55,190 bases of DNA, from contig JBJKPA010000043.1 of NCBI GenBank assembly GCA_046706905.1, positions 1 to 55,190 on the forward strand. The letters are read 5' to 3'. The position numbers and the translations under genes were made by a program. Positions 34,192 to 45,185 of this stretch are shown piece by piece. How positions within the stretch are numbered: the stretch's first letter is position 1; each line of letters begins with the position of its first letter. The DNA is from Gemmatimonadaceae bacterium (lineage in GTDB: Bacteria; Gemmatimonadota; Gemmatimonadetes; Gemmatimonadales; Gemmatimonadaceae). The notes beneath the pieces are model-generated. The model was not told the DNA's origin, made no database searches, and worked only from the letters and a program-made list of their open reading frames with translations.

Positions 34192-36480
34192 ATGTCCACA
34201 ATCCGCACGCCCAGCACTTCCAGCACCCCCCCACGGCGTCGCCGCCTCCTCATCGTGTCCGGCCTCGGCGCCCTGCTGCTCGCCGCCGGCGCCTATCGCT
34301 GCGTCGGTAAGGGAACTCCCGGTGCATCGGCCTTCGCACAGCCACTGAGCCCGGCACAGCACGTCCAGCTCGTCACGAACCCCGGATTCGAGAATCCGGG
34401 GCACGGCGTCCCGGCGGGATGGACCTGGGACCTTGCCCGGAGCGGCCACAAAGGAACCGTGACGACGGACACCTCGCGCTTCGTTTCGGGAAGGGCGTCG
34501 CTGAAGCTCGCGCCCAACGACAAGAACGTGGCGCAGGATCCGCTCTCGGTGATCCAGATCATTCCCGGCGGCGCGTACGCCGGCCGGAAGGTCGAATTCT
34601 CCGGATACGTGGCCAGCCAGGGGAACACGCAGGGCATTCTGGGCATCATGTCCCTGGTGAAAGGCGTTCCCCAGGGCAAGCCGGACATGCTCTTCCAGGC
34701 CGGCGGAGCGAAGCCGGAGTGGCAACGGCGTTCCGGCGTGTACACGGTGCCGAATGATCCGTCGGTCCAACTGGTGCTCATCTGCATGAGCAACGGCCAC
34801 TCGGGCGCGTCGTGGTTCGACGACGTGTCGGTGGTCCCGGTCGGAAGCGAGTCCGTCGCGTCCGCCGGCGGCGCGTCCACGCCGACCCCGGCCGCCGCGA
34901 CGCCGCCGGTGACCAGCGGTCCGCCGCTCACCGCGACCGTCAGCGTGAACGCGAACGCCGTACTCCGGACGATTCCGTCCACGCTCTACGGCGCCAACGT
35001 CGAGTGGCGGTGGAACGGGCTAGGCCTGTGGCTCCCGGGCAAGGGCCCGGATCCGGTCGTCGCCTCGCTCACGCGCAATCTCGGCGTCACCCTGATCCGG
35101 TATCCCGGCGGGTACCTCTCCGACTTCTACAACTGGCGCGACGGCATCGGGCCCCCGGCCCAGCGGCCGGTGGTGAAGCACCAGCCGGGACGGAACGAAG
35201 AGTCGCAGCCGCTGTTCGGCACCAACGAGGCGCTGGAGTTCGCCCACGACGTGGGGGCGCACCTGCTGCTCACGGTGAACGCGGGCACCGGCACGGCGTC
35301 GGAGGCCGCGGGGTGGGTGAAGTACGTGAACGGCCAGCGGCGCCGCGTTCAATTCTGGGAAGTCGGCAACGAGCTCTATCTGAACGAGCCCACGCCGGTG
35401 TCGCAGGCCGTGACCGTGCCGCCCGCCACGTACGCCAGCCGCTTCGCGCAGTTCGCGAGCGCGATGCGCGCCGCCGACCCCGGGATCACGATCGCCGCGA
35501 TCGGCGGCGTCAACTACGGGCCGTACGACTTCATGGGATATCCGCACTGGCTGCGGACGGTCCTGCAGCGCGACGGAAATCAGATCGACCTCGTCTCGGT
35601 CCACGACGCCTACGCCCCGCTCCTCTCACCGCAGGACGAGAACGCGGACTTCCGCACCGTGTACACGGCCATGCTGGCGGCGCCGAAGCTGATCGCCGGC
35701 AACCTCGCCCAGGTGACCGACACCATCGACCGCTACGCGCCGCCGGACAAGCGCGGGAAGATCGACATCGCGGTCACCGAGTGGGGACCGGCCTTCAACT
35801 TCAACAACCACAGCCGCTGGGTGGATCACGTGAAGACCCTGGGGTCGGCGTTGTTCGCGGCGAGCGTGCTCAAGACGTTCATCGAAGCGCCGCGCGTGGA
35901 GGTGGCCAATTTCCAGTTGCTGAACGATTTCGCCGCGTTCGGTGTCATCGGATCGAACAACACCTCCTTCCCGCTCAACCCCCACTGGATCCCGACCCCG
36001 CGGTACTACGCCATCCAGCTCTTCACGCGGCATTTCGGGACGCGGCTCATCCGGTCGACCACCGACGGCCCGACGTTCGACAGCCAGGCAATCGGCGCCG
36101 TGGCGGCGGTGAAGAACGCACCCTACCTCGACCTCGTGTCGAGCCTGAGCGCCGACGGGAGCCATCTCTACATCATCGGCATCAACAAGCACTTCGATCG
36201 CGACATCGACGCCACGATCTCGCTCCAGGATTTCAAGCCGGCGGCCACGGCGATGGCCTGGACGCTGGACGGCGCGAGCATGGACGCGAACACCGGCACC
36301 GGCATCGTCAAGGCGCCGGGCCTGGGCGTGCCGAGGCAGGCCGTGGACCCGGCTGATCCGCAGTTCTACAACGGGAACCAGATCACCTTCGACTCGACGG
36401 CGGTGTCGATCAGCGGCAACAGGTTCGTCTACCGCTTTCCCGCCCACTCGGCCACGTCGCTCGTGCTCGTCCGGCGGTGA
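34192..36480 (+). CDS. Secreted clan GH-A glycoside hydrolase with N-terminal CBM4/9-like domain
   Basis: Signal or anchor RRRRLLIVSGLGALLLAAGA. CBM-like NPGFENPG...GWTW...SGRASLKL. Acid/base FWEVGNELYL and nucleophile DIAVTEWGP. C-terminal beta-sandwich. The family (GH39/51/79-like) could not be resolved by eye. Confidence 0.75.
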   Translation: MSTIRTPSTSSTPPRRRRLLIVSGLGALLLAAGAYRCVGKGTPGASAFAQPLSPAQHVQLVTNPGFENPGHGVPAGWTWDLARSGHKGTVTTDTSRFVSGRASLKLAPNDKNVAQDPLSVIQIIPGGAYAGRKVEFSGYVASQGNTQGILGIMSLVKGVPQGKPDMLFQAGGAKPEWQRRSGVYTVPNDPSVQLVLICMSNGHSGASWFDDVSVVPVGSESVASAGGASTPTPAAATPPVTSGPPLTATVSVNANAVLRTIPSTLYGANVEWRWNGLGLWLPGKGPDPVVASLTRNLGVTLIRYPGGYLSDFYNWRDGIGPPAQRPVVKHQPGRNEESQPLFGTNEALEFAHDVGAHLLLTVNAGTGTASEAAGWVKYVNGQRRRVQFWEVGNELYLNEPTPVSQAVTVPPATYASRFAQFASAMRAADPGITIAAIGGVNYGPYDFMGYPHWLRTVLQRDGNQIDLVSVHDAYAPLLSPQDENADFRTVYTAMLAAPKLIAGNLAQVTDTIDRYAPPDKRGKIDIAVTEWGPAFNFNNHSRWVDHVKTLGSALFAASVLKTFIEAPRVEVANFQLLNDFAAFGVIGSNNTSFPLNPHWIPTPRYYAIQLFTRHFGTRLIRSTTDGPTFDSQAIGAVAAVKNAPYLDLVSSLSADGSHLYIIGINKHFDRDIDATISLQDFKPAATAMAWTLDGASMDANTGTGIVKAPGLGVPRQAVDPADPQFYNGNQITFDSTAVSISGNRFVYRFPAHSATSLVLVRR

Positions 36481-36493
36481 GGCGCGGGCGCGC

Positions 36494-37486
36494 TCAGGCG
36501 TCCGGCACGCGCCGCGTGCGCGCGCGCTGACGTGCCTCGCGGCTCGCCTCGCGGTAGGCCGCGCGCATGTGGTGGCGGAAGCGGACGTAGTGGTAGAGAT
36601 CGGATGTGCGCGTCCGCGTCGGGGTTCGCGCGGCCAGGCGGCGCAGCACGCCCAACACCGGCGGGTTCGCCAGGAGGGCGAAGCCGGCGCGGTTGAGGAG
36701 GCGGCGAAGGAGCACACGCGGCGGCAAGTCCCGGCTCAGGATGCCGTGCCGCGCACGGATCTCCCGCGCTTCGTTCTCCGGCACGCGGTGCTCGAACTCG
36801 TACAGGCTCCGGCCGATCACGCGAGCCTTCGCCGGCATCTTGTCGAGATCGAACTGTTGCAGGTGCTGCCCACGCGCCTCCGGAAGAAAGTGCAGATACA
36901 TGCCGTGCTCGGACAGGCGATAGCCGCACTCCACGTCCTCGAAGTACGCGAGGGTCTCGTCGAACATGCCGTACGCGAGCATGAAGTCTCGCTTGAACGA
37001 CACGTTGCAGGTCCAGAAGTCCAGGAACTCCAGGCGGTCGAGGCCCCGGAAGCCCTCGTACCCGAACATCTCGTGGAACACGGCCGCGGGGTCGTCGGCC
37101 GTGCCCGCCGGCACGTAGAGCTCGCCGAGCGCCGCGTGGTGCGGTTCGGGATGTGCCCGATGGAACTCCACGTGGCGCCGGACGAGGTCGGGATCGGCGA
37201 TCACGTCGTCGTCCAGGACGAGAACCGCGGTCCCCCGCGCCTCGCGGATGCCCCGGTTGCGCGGGGCGGCCGGCGTTCCGCTTCCCGTGATGCGAAAATA
37301 GCGGACCTTCTCCGGCCACCGGGCCGATGCCTGCTGCAGGACCGACTCGCTGTCGTCGGTCGATCCGTTGATCACGTAGACGATCTCGTACCGGACGCCG
37401 TCGGCCTGCTGGTCGACGAGGGCCGGCAATCCCTGCTGGAGGAGTTGGCTCCGGTTGTACGTGGGGATTACGATGGAGAGTTCCAT
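36494..37486 (-). CDS. Glycosyltransferase family 2
   Basis: [26 protein letters not shown]...[13 protein letters not shown]...VLVLDDD. Confidence 0.85.
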   Translation of the reverse strand: MELSIVIPTYNRSQLLQQGLPALVDQQADGVRYEIVYVINGSTDDSESVLQQASARWPEKVRYFRITGSGTPAAPRNRGIREARGTAVLVLDDDVIADPDLVRRHVEFHRAHPEPHHAALGELYVPAGTADDPAAVFHEMFGYEGFRGLDRLEFLDFWTCNVSFKRDFMLAYGMFDETLAYFEDVECGYRLSEHGMYLHFLPEARGQHLQQFDLDKMPAKARVIGRSLYEFEHRVPENEAREIRARHGILSRDLPPRVLLRRLLNRAGFALLANPPVLGVLRRLAARTPTRTRTSDLYHYVRFRHHMRAAYREASREARQRARTRRVPDA

Positions 37487-37591
37487 TCAACGGGCGTTGC
37501 GAGGGTCGCGGGAACGGGCCATATCTGAGCCGCGGGTTCGGGACGAAGGGGTCTGTGCCAAGATACGGCGAACCGCATCAAAAGGACGAGG

Positions 37592-38671
37592 ATGAGCATC
37601 GCATTGATCACCGGCTCCGCCGGTCTGGTGGGGTCCGAGGCAGCACGGTACTTCGCGGCCAAGGGCATGGACGTCGTCGGAATCGACAACGACATGCGGC
37701 AGACCTTCTTCGGCGCGGAGGCCTCCACGGCCTGGCAGCGCCGGCGGCTGGTGGAGCGGCTGGGCGCCCGATACCGGCACGTGGACCACGACATCCGCGA
37801 CGTGGACGCCATGTCGGCTCTGTTCCGGGAATACGGCGCCGACATCGCCCTGGTGGTCCACGCCGCGGCGCAACCCTCGCACGACTGGGCCGCCAAGGAT
37901 CCGCACACCGACTTCACCGTGAACGCGAACGGCACCCTCACCCTGCTCGAGGCCACTCGCCAGTTCGCGCCCGAAGCCGTGTTCGTGTACTGCTCCACCA
38001 ACAAGGTGTACGGCAGCACGCCCAACACGCTGCCGCTCGTCGAGCAGGAGACACGGTGGGAGATCGAGCCGTCGCACCCGTACGCCCGCGGCATCGCCGA
38101 GAACATGTCCGTGGACCAGACGCTGCACAGCCTGTTCGGCGTCTCCAAGCTGGCGGCCGACGCGCTGGTGCAGGAGTACGGACGCTATTTCGGAATGCGC
38201 ACCGTCTGCTTTCGCGGCGGCTGCCTCACGGGGCCGGGACATTCGGGAACGCAGCTCCACGGGTTCCTGGCCTACCTGATGAAGTGCACGACCACCGGCA
38301 CGCCGTACACGGTGTTCGGCTACAAGGGCAAGCAGGTGCGCGACAACATCCACAGCCTGGATCTCGTCCGCGCGTTCGACGCCTTCTTCATGGCGCCGCG
38401 CAGCGGCGAGGTCTACAACATGGGCGGCGGCCCGGGCAGCAATTGCTCCATGCTCGAGGCCATCGGCATGTGCGAGGAGATCACCGGACGCCGGCTGGAC
38501 TGGACCTACGCCGAAGACAACCGCATCGGGGATCACATCTGGTACGTGAGCAACCTCGGCAAGTTCACGGGCCACTACCCGGCGTGGGGAATCCGGTACG
38601 ACATCCGCGGACTCCTCGAGGAGATCTACGAGGCCAATCGGGATCGTTGGCTGACACCGGCCGCCGGGTGA
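37592..38671 (+). CDS. SDR-family NDP-sugar epimerase/dehydratase
   Basis: [31 protein letters not shown], catalytic S...YGVSK. A Shine-Dalgarno-like AGGACGAGG lies upstream. Specificity cannot be determined. Confidence 0.8.
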   Translation: MSIALITGSAGLVGSEAARYFAAKGMDVVGIDNDMRQTFFGAEASTAWQRRRLVERLGARYRHVDHDIRDVDAMSALFREYGADIALVVHAAAQPSHDWAAKDPHTDFTVNANGTLTLLEATRQFAPEAVFVYCSTNKVYGSTPNTLPLVEQETRWEIEPSHPYARGIAENMSVDQTLHSLFGVSKLAADALVQEYGRYFGMRTVCFRGGCLTGPGHSGTQLHGFLAYLMKCTTTGTPYTVFGYKGKQVRDNIHSLDLVRAFDAFFMAPRSGEVYNMGGGPGSNCSMLEAIGMCEEITGRRLDWTYAEDNRIGDHIWYVSNLGKFTGHYPAWGIRYDIRGLLEEIYEANRDRWLTPAAG

Positions 38672-39471
38672 TCGACGCCGGCAAGCGCAACGTCATTGGC
38701 GTCATGGTGGACGTCGTCGACTACGACGGCGCCGTACGGCGGGTCGTCGAGGCCGCGCGGGCCGGACGCAGCCTCAGCGTCTCGGCGTTGGCCGTCCACG
38801 GCGTGATGACCGGTGTGCTCGACGACGCCCATCGCTATCGCCTGAACCACCTCGATCTGGTCTGTCCGGACGGACAACCCGTGCGCTGGGCGCTGAACCG
38901 GCTGCACGGGGCGCACCTCTCCGATCGCGTCTACGGACCGGAGCTGACCCTGCGCCTGTGCGCCGAGGCCGCTCGGCTGTCGCTGCCGATCTACTTCTAC
39001 GGGAGCCGGCCGGAGGTACTCGAGCGGCTGCAGTCGAATCTGCTGGCGCGTTTCCCGGGTCTCGTCGTCGCGGGCGCCGAGCCTTCCCGCTTCCGGTCCC
39101 TGTCGAGCGAGGAGAAGGCGGACGTCATCCGCCGCATCGGCGCGAGCGGCGCGAAGATCGTGTTCGTGGGGCTGGGGTGTCCGCGGCAGGAGGTATGGGC
39201 GTTCGAGTACCGCGACCGCCTGCCCCTGCCGGTCATCGCCGTGGGTGCCGCCTTCGATTTCCACTCGGGCCATTCGAAGCAGGCGCCGGCCCGCATGCAG
39301 CGCGCCGGCCTCGAGTGGCTGTTCCGCCTCGTCCACGAGCCGGGTCGCCTGTGGCGACGCTATCTCCTGCTCAACCCCGTTTACGTGACGTTGGTGCTGG
39401 CGCAGGCCGCACGGATCCGGCACTTCGACCGGGCGCCGGTGGCGCCGGTCGGCGAGTTGGGCTACGGCTGA
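38668..39471 (+). CDS. WecB/TagA/CpsF-family glycosyltransferase (GT26)
   Basis: C-terminal 267 aa of track ORF 37555..39471: [11 protein letters not shown]...[10 protein letters not shown]...[14 protein letters not shown]...[10 protein letters not shown]...[11 protein letters not shown] overlaps the upstream stop (GTGA). Confidence 0.8.
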   Translation: MIDAGKRNVIGVMVDVVDYDGAVRRVVEAARAGRSLSVSALAVHGVMTGVLDDAHRYRLNHLDLVCPDGQPVRWALNRLHGAHLSDRVYGPELTLRLCAEAARLSLPIYFYGSRPEVLERLQSNLLARFPGLVVAGAEPSRFRSLSSEEKADVIRRIGASGAKIVFVGLGCPRQEVWAFEYRDRLPLPVIAVGAAFDFHSGHSKQAPARMQRAGLEWLFRLVHEPGRLWRRYLLLNPVYVTLVLAQAARIRHFDRAPVAPVGELGYG

Positions 39472-39678
39472 CGAACGGATCCTCCCGGGCCTGGGGGGAC
39501 GGACCGCACCTCCGTTGGGCGGCCATGGAGATTGCCGAGTCGTCCCGGGAGGCGTAGAATGGGGCGTCGCGGCCGTGCGTCCTGGCGTCTGCCAGCATGC
39601 GTCGGCCGCCGATTGCGCTCGTGCTCCTGCCCGTCATTCTGCGCGCGACGGGTGGCGTCTCGAACGCGGGGAGATCCG

Positions 39679-40845
39679 GTGAACGGTCAGCCAGCTCGCT
39701 TGGCCAGACGTGCCGCGCTCAGACTGGCCTCGCTCCCGGTTCTGGGCGACAGGACGGTGGCGGCATATCTCCGCCGGCGGTACAACGCCCGCGTCGTGAC
39801 CCCCGCGAAGGTCCGGAATTTCGTTCTGGCGCAGTCCGAGCGGATGGCGAAAGCGGTCCGCGTCCGGTCGAAGCCCTGGATCCTGAATCTGGACACGTTC
39901 AGCGGCTGCAACCTCAAGTGCCCGTTCTGTCCGACGGGGACGGGGCAGATGGATCGCCGCATTTCCCGGATGCCGGTCGAGAAGGCCAAGCGCGTGATCG
40001 ACATGGTGAAGGATCACGTGCTGGAGATCCGGCTGTACAACTGGGGTGAGCCGTTCCTGAACCCGCACATCTTCGAGGTCATCCGGTACGCACACGACGC
40101 CGGCCTGTACACGGTGTTGAACTCGAATCTGAGCGTGACCGTCCCGGATCTCGCCCGGAAGGTGGTGGAGTCGGGACTCGACCGTCTGCAGGCCAGCGTC
40201 GACGGGATCTCGCAGGAGGCACTCGAGATCTACCGGCGGCGCGCCAACGCCCAGACGGTGTTCGACAACGCCAAGGCGATTTCCGAGGAGCGCGCGCGGC
40301 AGGGCGTCGACCACCCGCGCATTGCGCTGGCCTTCCTCGTCTTCCGTCACAACGAACACGAGCTGTCCCGACTCGACGCGAAGCGTCGCGAGATCGGCGC
40401 CGACGAGTTCTGGCCACGCCGGGCGTTCGTGTTCCACGAGTCCTTCATCCCCGCGCACCCCGACTTCCAGCCCCTTCAGGCCATCTTCACCGACACCTGC
40501 GGCTACCTGTATTCCGAGATGACCGTCGAGGCCAATGGCGCCGTGTCTCCCTGCTGCACGAACATGTCGGACCGCTGGGACCTGGGCATGGTCGAGGACC
40601 TGACAGACATCGACCAGATCTGGAACGGTCCGGTCTACCGGGGCATGCGGGCGATGGGATCGAAGGGGGTCGCGGAAGCCAGGGCGGAAGCAGGAGGCAG
40701 GGAGCTCCTGTGCGAGCACTGCCATCTGGTGGGAGATTGCACGCCCAAAGCGGGCCAGCTTTCTCGGCTGCCTCCGAGTCTCGAGGCCGTGGGCGGCACG
40801 TACGATCACGGTCTCGACGACCTGCAGCGCCGCCAGCCGAACTAG
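39679..40845 (+). CDS. Radical SAM enzyme with C-terminal SPASM/twitch-like Cys cluster
   Basis: CNLKCPFC (CxxxCxxC) followed by NWGEPFLNP. C-terminal cysteines CGYLY...AVSPCC...CEHCHLVGDC. GTG 39679 with GGGGAG 6 nt upstream is preferred. The ORF is open from 39532. Confidence 0.75.
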   Translation: MNGQPARLARRAALRLASLPVLGDRTVAAYLRRRYNARVVTPAKVRNFVLAQSERMAKAVRVRSKPWILNLDTFSGCNLKCPFCPTGTGQMDRRISRMPVEKAKRVIDMVKDHVLEIRLYNWGEPFLNPHIFEVIRYAHDAGLYTVLNSNLSVTVPDLARKVVESGLDRLQASVDGISQEALEIYRRRANAQTVFDNAKAISEERARQGVDHPRIALAFLVFRHNEHELSRLDAKRREIGADEFWPRRAFVFHESFIPAHPDFQPLQAIFTDTCGYLYSEMTVEANGAVSPCCTNMSDRWDLGMVEDLTDIDQIWNGPVYRGMRAMGSKGVAEARAEAGGRELLCEHCHLVGDCTPKAGQLSRLPPSLEAVGGTYDHGLDDLQRRQPN

Positions 40846-40866
40846 AAGGAGGCTTCGGACTCGGCC

Positions 40867-41934
40867 TCAGGGTGCCAGGGGCCGATCGAAGATCTGCTGC
40901 CAGGCGGCGTAGGACGGCTTCCGCTGTAGCGCTTCGTTCATGACGCCCATGGAGCTGAAATTCGCGGCGTCGGGGCCCCAGTTGCCGTCCATGAACGTCA
41001 GGCTGATCCAGACCTTCGCCCCCACGCCGTTCAGGAGTTGTGCGAATCGGTTCAGGAAGGCCACCTGCTCCTCCGGCGTGCCACTGGCGGAGGGCACATT
41101 CGCCGAGCTCCAGCCCCCCTCCACCAGCAGGAGCGGGAGGTTCGTGGCGTCGGCGAAGCGCTTGAAGTAGTCCGCGGGAATCTCGGAGGGGTCGCTGAAG
41201 AAGAACCCCGGATAGGACGACAGGCCCAGGGCATCGATGTCGAAGTCCTTGATGAGCGCGAACTCGTCGAGCGGTTCCGGTCCGAACATGCCGTTGGCTT
41301 CGTCGGCCTGGAACGACACGAAGACCTTCGACGACGGGCTCAGCTGGCGCACCTGCGGGGCGAGCTCGTTCACCAGACCTCGCACGGTGGCGTAGAGCGT
41401 CGGGTCGCCGCCCTCCGCGAGGGTGTTGATCTCCGACGCCAGCCCGAAATATTCCGGGTGCACGCTGCGCGCGATGCCCCGCACCCAATTCTCGTACATG
41501 GCGCGCACGGCGGGCTGGGTGAGACTGAGCCCCCGGGCCACCAGCGCCGGATCCTCCTCGCGGCGATTCATCGGATTCAGCGGATCCACGAGGTAGATCA
41601 CGGAGAGCCCGAGGCCTCGTAGCGCGTTGGCCTTCGATGCGCGCTGCGCCAGGAGGGTCTCCATCGGTACCCCGTTGAGGAGCTGCGCCCAGGGCACGCG
41701 CTCCTGCATCATGGCCACGTCCGACACCTGCGCCATGGAATCGATGGCGGCATAGATCTGGCCGCTGTCCGCGGGCGGAACGACGGACGCGAATCCCATG
41801 GCGTAGCTACGGGGCTGAACCGACTGAACCACGTTCGTGGTCCCGTGCACGCCGACAGGGTTCGTACCTGCCTGACACGCCGTGCCCGAAGCCAGCGCCA
41901 AGTATGTGCAGAGTACAAGAAACCGTGCTTTCAT
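40867..41934 (-). CDS. Lipoprotein, putative TIM-barrel glycoside hydrolase (clan GH-A-like)
   Basis: Start ATG 41934. Lipobox LALASGTAC. Candidate acid/base GLASEINT and nucleophile LLLVEGGWS about 100 aa apart. The family is unresolved. Confidence 0.5.
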   Translation of the reverse strand: MKARFLVLCTYLALASGTACQAGTNPVGVHGTTNVVQSVQPRSYAMGFASVVPPADSGQIYAAIDSMAQVSDVAMMQERVPWAQLLNGVPMETLLAQRASKANALRGLGLSVIYLVDPLNPMNRREEDPALVARGLSLTQPAVRAMYENWVRGIARSVHPEYFGLASEINTLAEGGDPTLYATVRGLVNELAPQVRQLSPSSKVFVSFQADEANGMFGPEPLDEFALIKDFDIDALGLSSYPGFFFSDPSEIPADYFKRFADATNLPLLLVEGGWSSANVPSASGTPEEQVAFLNRFAQLLNGVGAKVWISLTFMDGNWGPDAANFSSMGVMNEALQRKPSYAAWQQIFDRPLAP

Positions 41935-42198
41935 TCGCTCGCCGATCACACTGTGTGGGTCCCCAGTAGAATCGGCCGGCGGCGAACCCAACTTCAGTGA
42001 TGGCGATCATGACGAGCGTAACTCATTGTGCAAGAACGAGATGCACACAGTGGCCATGCCCGTCCCCCAAGCCTGAATTGGCACAAAGAATTTTACACTT
42101 GGGCACCAAGGGATCTTGCCACCCGTTCCAATGGCGGATAAGCTCGTCCGGAATTCGTCCCGCTGTTCCGTCCGCGGTCCACCAGGGGAGGACGTGCC

Positions 42199-43089
42199 GT
42201 GAGCGATCCCGTATTCGCGACGCCGAAGTCGGTACAGGATGTCGCCGAGTGTGTCTTCTACCACACGATGGACCTGCCCGGGGTTGGCGAGGTGCAGGGG
42301 CAGTTCGACCTGCGAGGCCGGGAGCGTGACTACCTCGGACACGTCGACCTCAAGGGAAAGCGAGTGTTGGAGATCGGTCCGGCCAGCGGCTACCTCTCCC
42401 TGTACATGGAACGGCAGGGCGCGGAAGTCGTCAGCTGCGACCTTTCCGCGGATGCGTACTGGGACTTCGTGCCGTTCGCGCGCGTCGATCAGGACGCGGT
42501 CGTCGCCGACGTGCGCGCCGGGATCACCCGGCTCAACAACAGCTACTGGTTGACGCATCGCCTCAACCAGTCGAAGAATCGAGTCGTGTACTCCTCGGTG
42601 TACGACATTCCCGACGCCGTCGGTCTGTTCGACATCGGAACCCTGTCCTCCACGTTGCTGCACATGGAGAACCCGTTCCGCGCCATTGCGTCCGTCGCTC
42701 GCCGGGTGCGCGAAACGATGGTCGTGACCGAGGTGCTGGGCTTTCGCAACCTCCTGGCGTATCACCTCACGCGCTGGCTCCGGCCAAGCGTTGCGTTCGT
42801 TCCCGACCCCCGTCCGTTCGAGCGGTGGACCGGACCGCTATCGCCGGAGCTCACCCAGGCATGCCTGGTGTGGTGGCACCTGACGCCCCTGATGGTACGA
42901 AAGGCCCTCGCCGTGGTGGGATTCGAGCACACCGAGCTGCGCTATCACCGGCAGGTCTACCTGGGCCGCAAGCTTCTCTACTACACCGTGGTCGGGCATC
43001 GGACCGTTCCGATTCGCTCGAATGGCTCCGCCCGCGCGACGGCGCCCGCCGATGCGGCGCGCGAGCTCGCCGCGGACGCCACCGCGTAG
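42199..43089 (+). CDS. Class I SAM-dependent methyltransferase
   Basis: Motif I KRVLEIGPASGYLSLYM and acidic loop VVSCDLS. GTG start with GGGGAGGA 6 nt upstream. Confidence 0.7.
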   Translation: MSDPVFATPKSVQDVAECVFYHTMDLPGVGEVQGQFDLRGRERDYLGHVDLKGKRVLEIGPASGYLSLYMERQGAEVVSCDLSADAYWDFVPFARVDQDAVVADVRAGITRLNNSYWLTHRLNQSKNRVVYSSVYDIPDAVGLFDIGTLSSTLLHMENPFRAIASVARRVRETMVVTEVLGFRNLLAYHLTRWLRPSVAFVPDPRPFERWTGPLSPELTQACLVWWHLTPLMVRKALAVVGFEHTELRYHRQVYLGRKLLYYTVVGHRTVPIRSNGSARATAPADAARELAADATA

Positions 43090-43230
43090 CGGCCGCGACG
43101 CCGGCACCGAACCACCGTCTGCCTCGCCGGACACGCGCGCGTCCGGTCCTCTTTGTGTCTCCCCGCAGCGCTGGCGCGGCACGCCCCGACGCCGTAAGGT
43201 TGGGCTGCACCGAGAAGAGCCGGGAACTAC

Positions 43231-44313
43231 ATGGAAGCGAATTCATCGACTGTCGTCGTCACCGGCGGCGCCGGGTTCATCGGGTCGGCCGTCGTTCGGC
43301 GACTGCTGACCACGAGCGCCCGGCGCGTCGTGGTGCTCGACAAGCTGACCTATGCCGGCAACCTGGATTCCCTGCGGGGCGTCGCGGAGTCCGACCGCTT
43401 CCATTTCGTGCGCGTCGACATCGCCGACGCACCCAGGGTGCGGGAGATCTTCCGCAAGTACCGGCCCGGGGCCGTGATGCACCTGGCGGCCGAGTCGCAC
43501 GTCGACCGGTCCATCGACGCGCCCGCGGACTTCATCAATACGAACGTGGTCGGGACCTTCAGGCTCCTGGAAGAGGCGCGGCGACATTGGTACGGCCTCA
43601 CGGGCAGTGAGCGGGAGGCCTTCCGCTTCCTGCACGTCTCCACGGACGAGGTGTTCGGGTCGCTGGGGCCGGCCGGCCGGTTCAGTGAGACCACGCCGTA
43701 CGCGCCCAAATCGCCGTACTCGGCCACCAAGGCGTCCAGCGATCATCTCGTGAACGCGTGGCATCACACGTACGGCCTGCCGGTGCTGCTCACGAACTGC
43801 TCCAACAACTACGGCCCGTTCCAGTTTCCGGAGAAGCTGATTCCGCTGATCACGCTGAACGCGCTGGAAGGCAGGCGGCTCCCGGTCTACGGCCGGGGAG
43901 AGAACGTGCGCGATTGGCTCCACGTGGACGATCACGTGGACGCGCTGCTGACCGTGCTCGACGCCGGGGTCGCGGGCGAGACCTACTGCATCGGCGGCTC
44001 GACCGAGCGCCGGAACCTGGACGTCGTGCAGAGGATCTGCGCGGCCGTGGACGAGCTGGCGCCCGACCCCGCCATCGGGCCGAGGTCGGCGCTGATCGAT
44101 TTCGTCGAGGATCGCCCGGGGCACGATCTGCGGTACGCCATCGACGCCTCGAAGCTCTGCCGGGACCTCGGCTGGAATCCTCGTCACGACTTCGAAACCG
44201 GAATCCGGGACACGGTCCGATGGTACGCGGAGAACCGCTGGTGGTGGGAGCGCATCCGGAGCGGCGCGTACCGCGGCGAGCGGCTGGGCCGGGGTATGGA
44301 GCCCGTGGCATGA
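43231..44313 (+). CDS. rfbB: dTDP-glucose 4,6-dehydratase
   Basis: [15 protein letters not shown]...HVDRSI...[12 protein letters not shown]...[18 protein letters not shown]. Confidence 0.93.
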   Translation: MEANSSTVVVTGGAGFIGSAVVRRLLTTSARRVVVLDKLTYAGNLDSLRGVAESDRFHFVRVDIADAPRVREIFRKYRPGAVMHLAAESHVDRSIDAPADFINTNVVGTFRLLEEARRHWYGLTGSEREAFRFLHVSTDEVFGSLGPAGRFSETTPYAPKSPYSATKASSDHLVNAWHHTYGLPVLLTNCSNNYGPFQFPEKLIPLITLNALEGRRLPVYGRGENVRDWLHVDDHVDALLTVLDAGVAGETYCIGGSTERRNLDVVQRICAAVDELAPDPAIGPRSALIDFVEDRPGHDLRYAIDASKLCRDLGWNPRHDFETGIRDTVRWYAENRWWWERIRSGAYRGERLGRGMEPVA

Positions 44314-45185
44314 GGAAAGGGATCATCCTGGCCGGCGGCGCGGGGACGCGCCTGTACCCGATCACGCGCGCGATCAGCAAGCAGCTGCTGCCGGTCTATG
44401 ACAAGCCGATGGTGTATTACCCCCTCACGACGCTGATGCTCGCCGGCGTTCGTGACGTGCTTCTCATCTCCACGCCCAAGGATCTGCCCCGATTTCAGGA
44501 GCTGCTCGGCGACGGCGAGCGCTGGGGCATCGCGATCTCGTACGCCGAGCAGGCCTCGCCCGAGGGAATCGCCCAGGCATTCGTCATCGGACGCGAGTTC
44601 GTTGCCGGCCATCCCTCCGCGTTGATTCTCGGAGACAACATCTACTACGGGTATGGCCTGAGCGGCCTGCTGCAGAAGGCCGCGGCGCGGACGGGCGGTG
44701 CGACGGTGTTCGGGTATCGCGTTGCCGATCCGGAGCGGTACGGCGTCGCCGAGGTCGGCGAGGGCGGCCGGGTGATCGGTCTGGAGGAGAAGCCGAGACG
44801 GCCGCGGTCGGACTGCGCGGTCACCGGGTTGTACTTCTATGACGAGCAGGTCCTGGACATCGCGAGGGATCTCAAACCATCGGGACGCGGCGAGTACGAG
44901 ATCACCGACGTCAACCTGGCGTATCTCCGGCGCGATCTGCTGCACATGGAAGTGCTCGGGCGGGGAATGGCATGGCTCGACACGGGGACGCACGAATCGT
45001 TGCACGACGCCTCCAGCTTCATCGCCACCATCGAGAGGCGGCAGGGGCTGAAGGTGGCCTGCCCCGAGGAAGTGGCGTTTCGCATGGGGTTCATCACGGC
45101 CGCCCAGGCGGCGGAGCTGGGTCAGCAGATGGCCGGCACGGAGTACGGCCAGTACCTGCTCGACATGGTGGCCCACGCTCCATGA
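44310..45185 (+). CDS. rfbA: Glucose-1-phosphate thymidylyltransferase
   Basis: [39 protein letters not shown]. The ATG overlaps the rfbB stop (ATGA). Confidence 0.93.
   Translation: MRKGIILAGGAGTRLYPITRAISKQLLPVYDKPMVYYPLTTLMLAGVRDVLLISTPKDLPRFQELLGDGERWGIAISYAEQASPEGIAQAFVIGREFVAGHPSALILGDNIYYGYGLSGLLQKAAARTGGATVFGYRVADPERYGVAEVGEGGRVIGLEEKPRRPRSDCAVTGLYFYDEQVLDIARDLKPSGRGEYEITDVNLAYLRRDLLHMEVLGRGMAWLDTGTHESLHDASSFIATIERRQGLKVACPEEVAFRMGFITAAQAAELGQQMAGTEYGQYLLDMVAHAP

Noticed and set aside
31926-34310. 794-aa plus-strand ORF, and similar long ORFs such as 16225..17991, 18669..20744, 48607..50610 and 50595..52196
   Set aside because: All are antisense to genes with clear motifs and show the same Arg/Gly/Asp/His-rich shadow composition.
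42087-42110. Sigma-54-like TTGGCAC on the plus strand upstream of the methyltransferase gene, preceded by a TGTGCA-N9-TGCACA inverted repeat. A similar TTGGCACGG occurs at 14301.
   Set aside because: The -12 element is missing. Positions 14-15 after the T of TGGCAC are TT at 42088 and CA (CTCA) at 14302, not GC. The nearby GGGCAC...TTGC pair is 4 nt too far apart.
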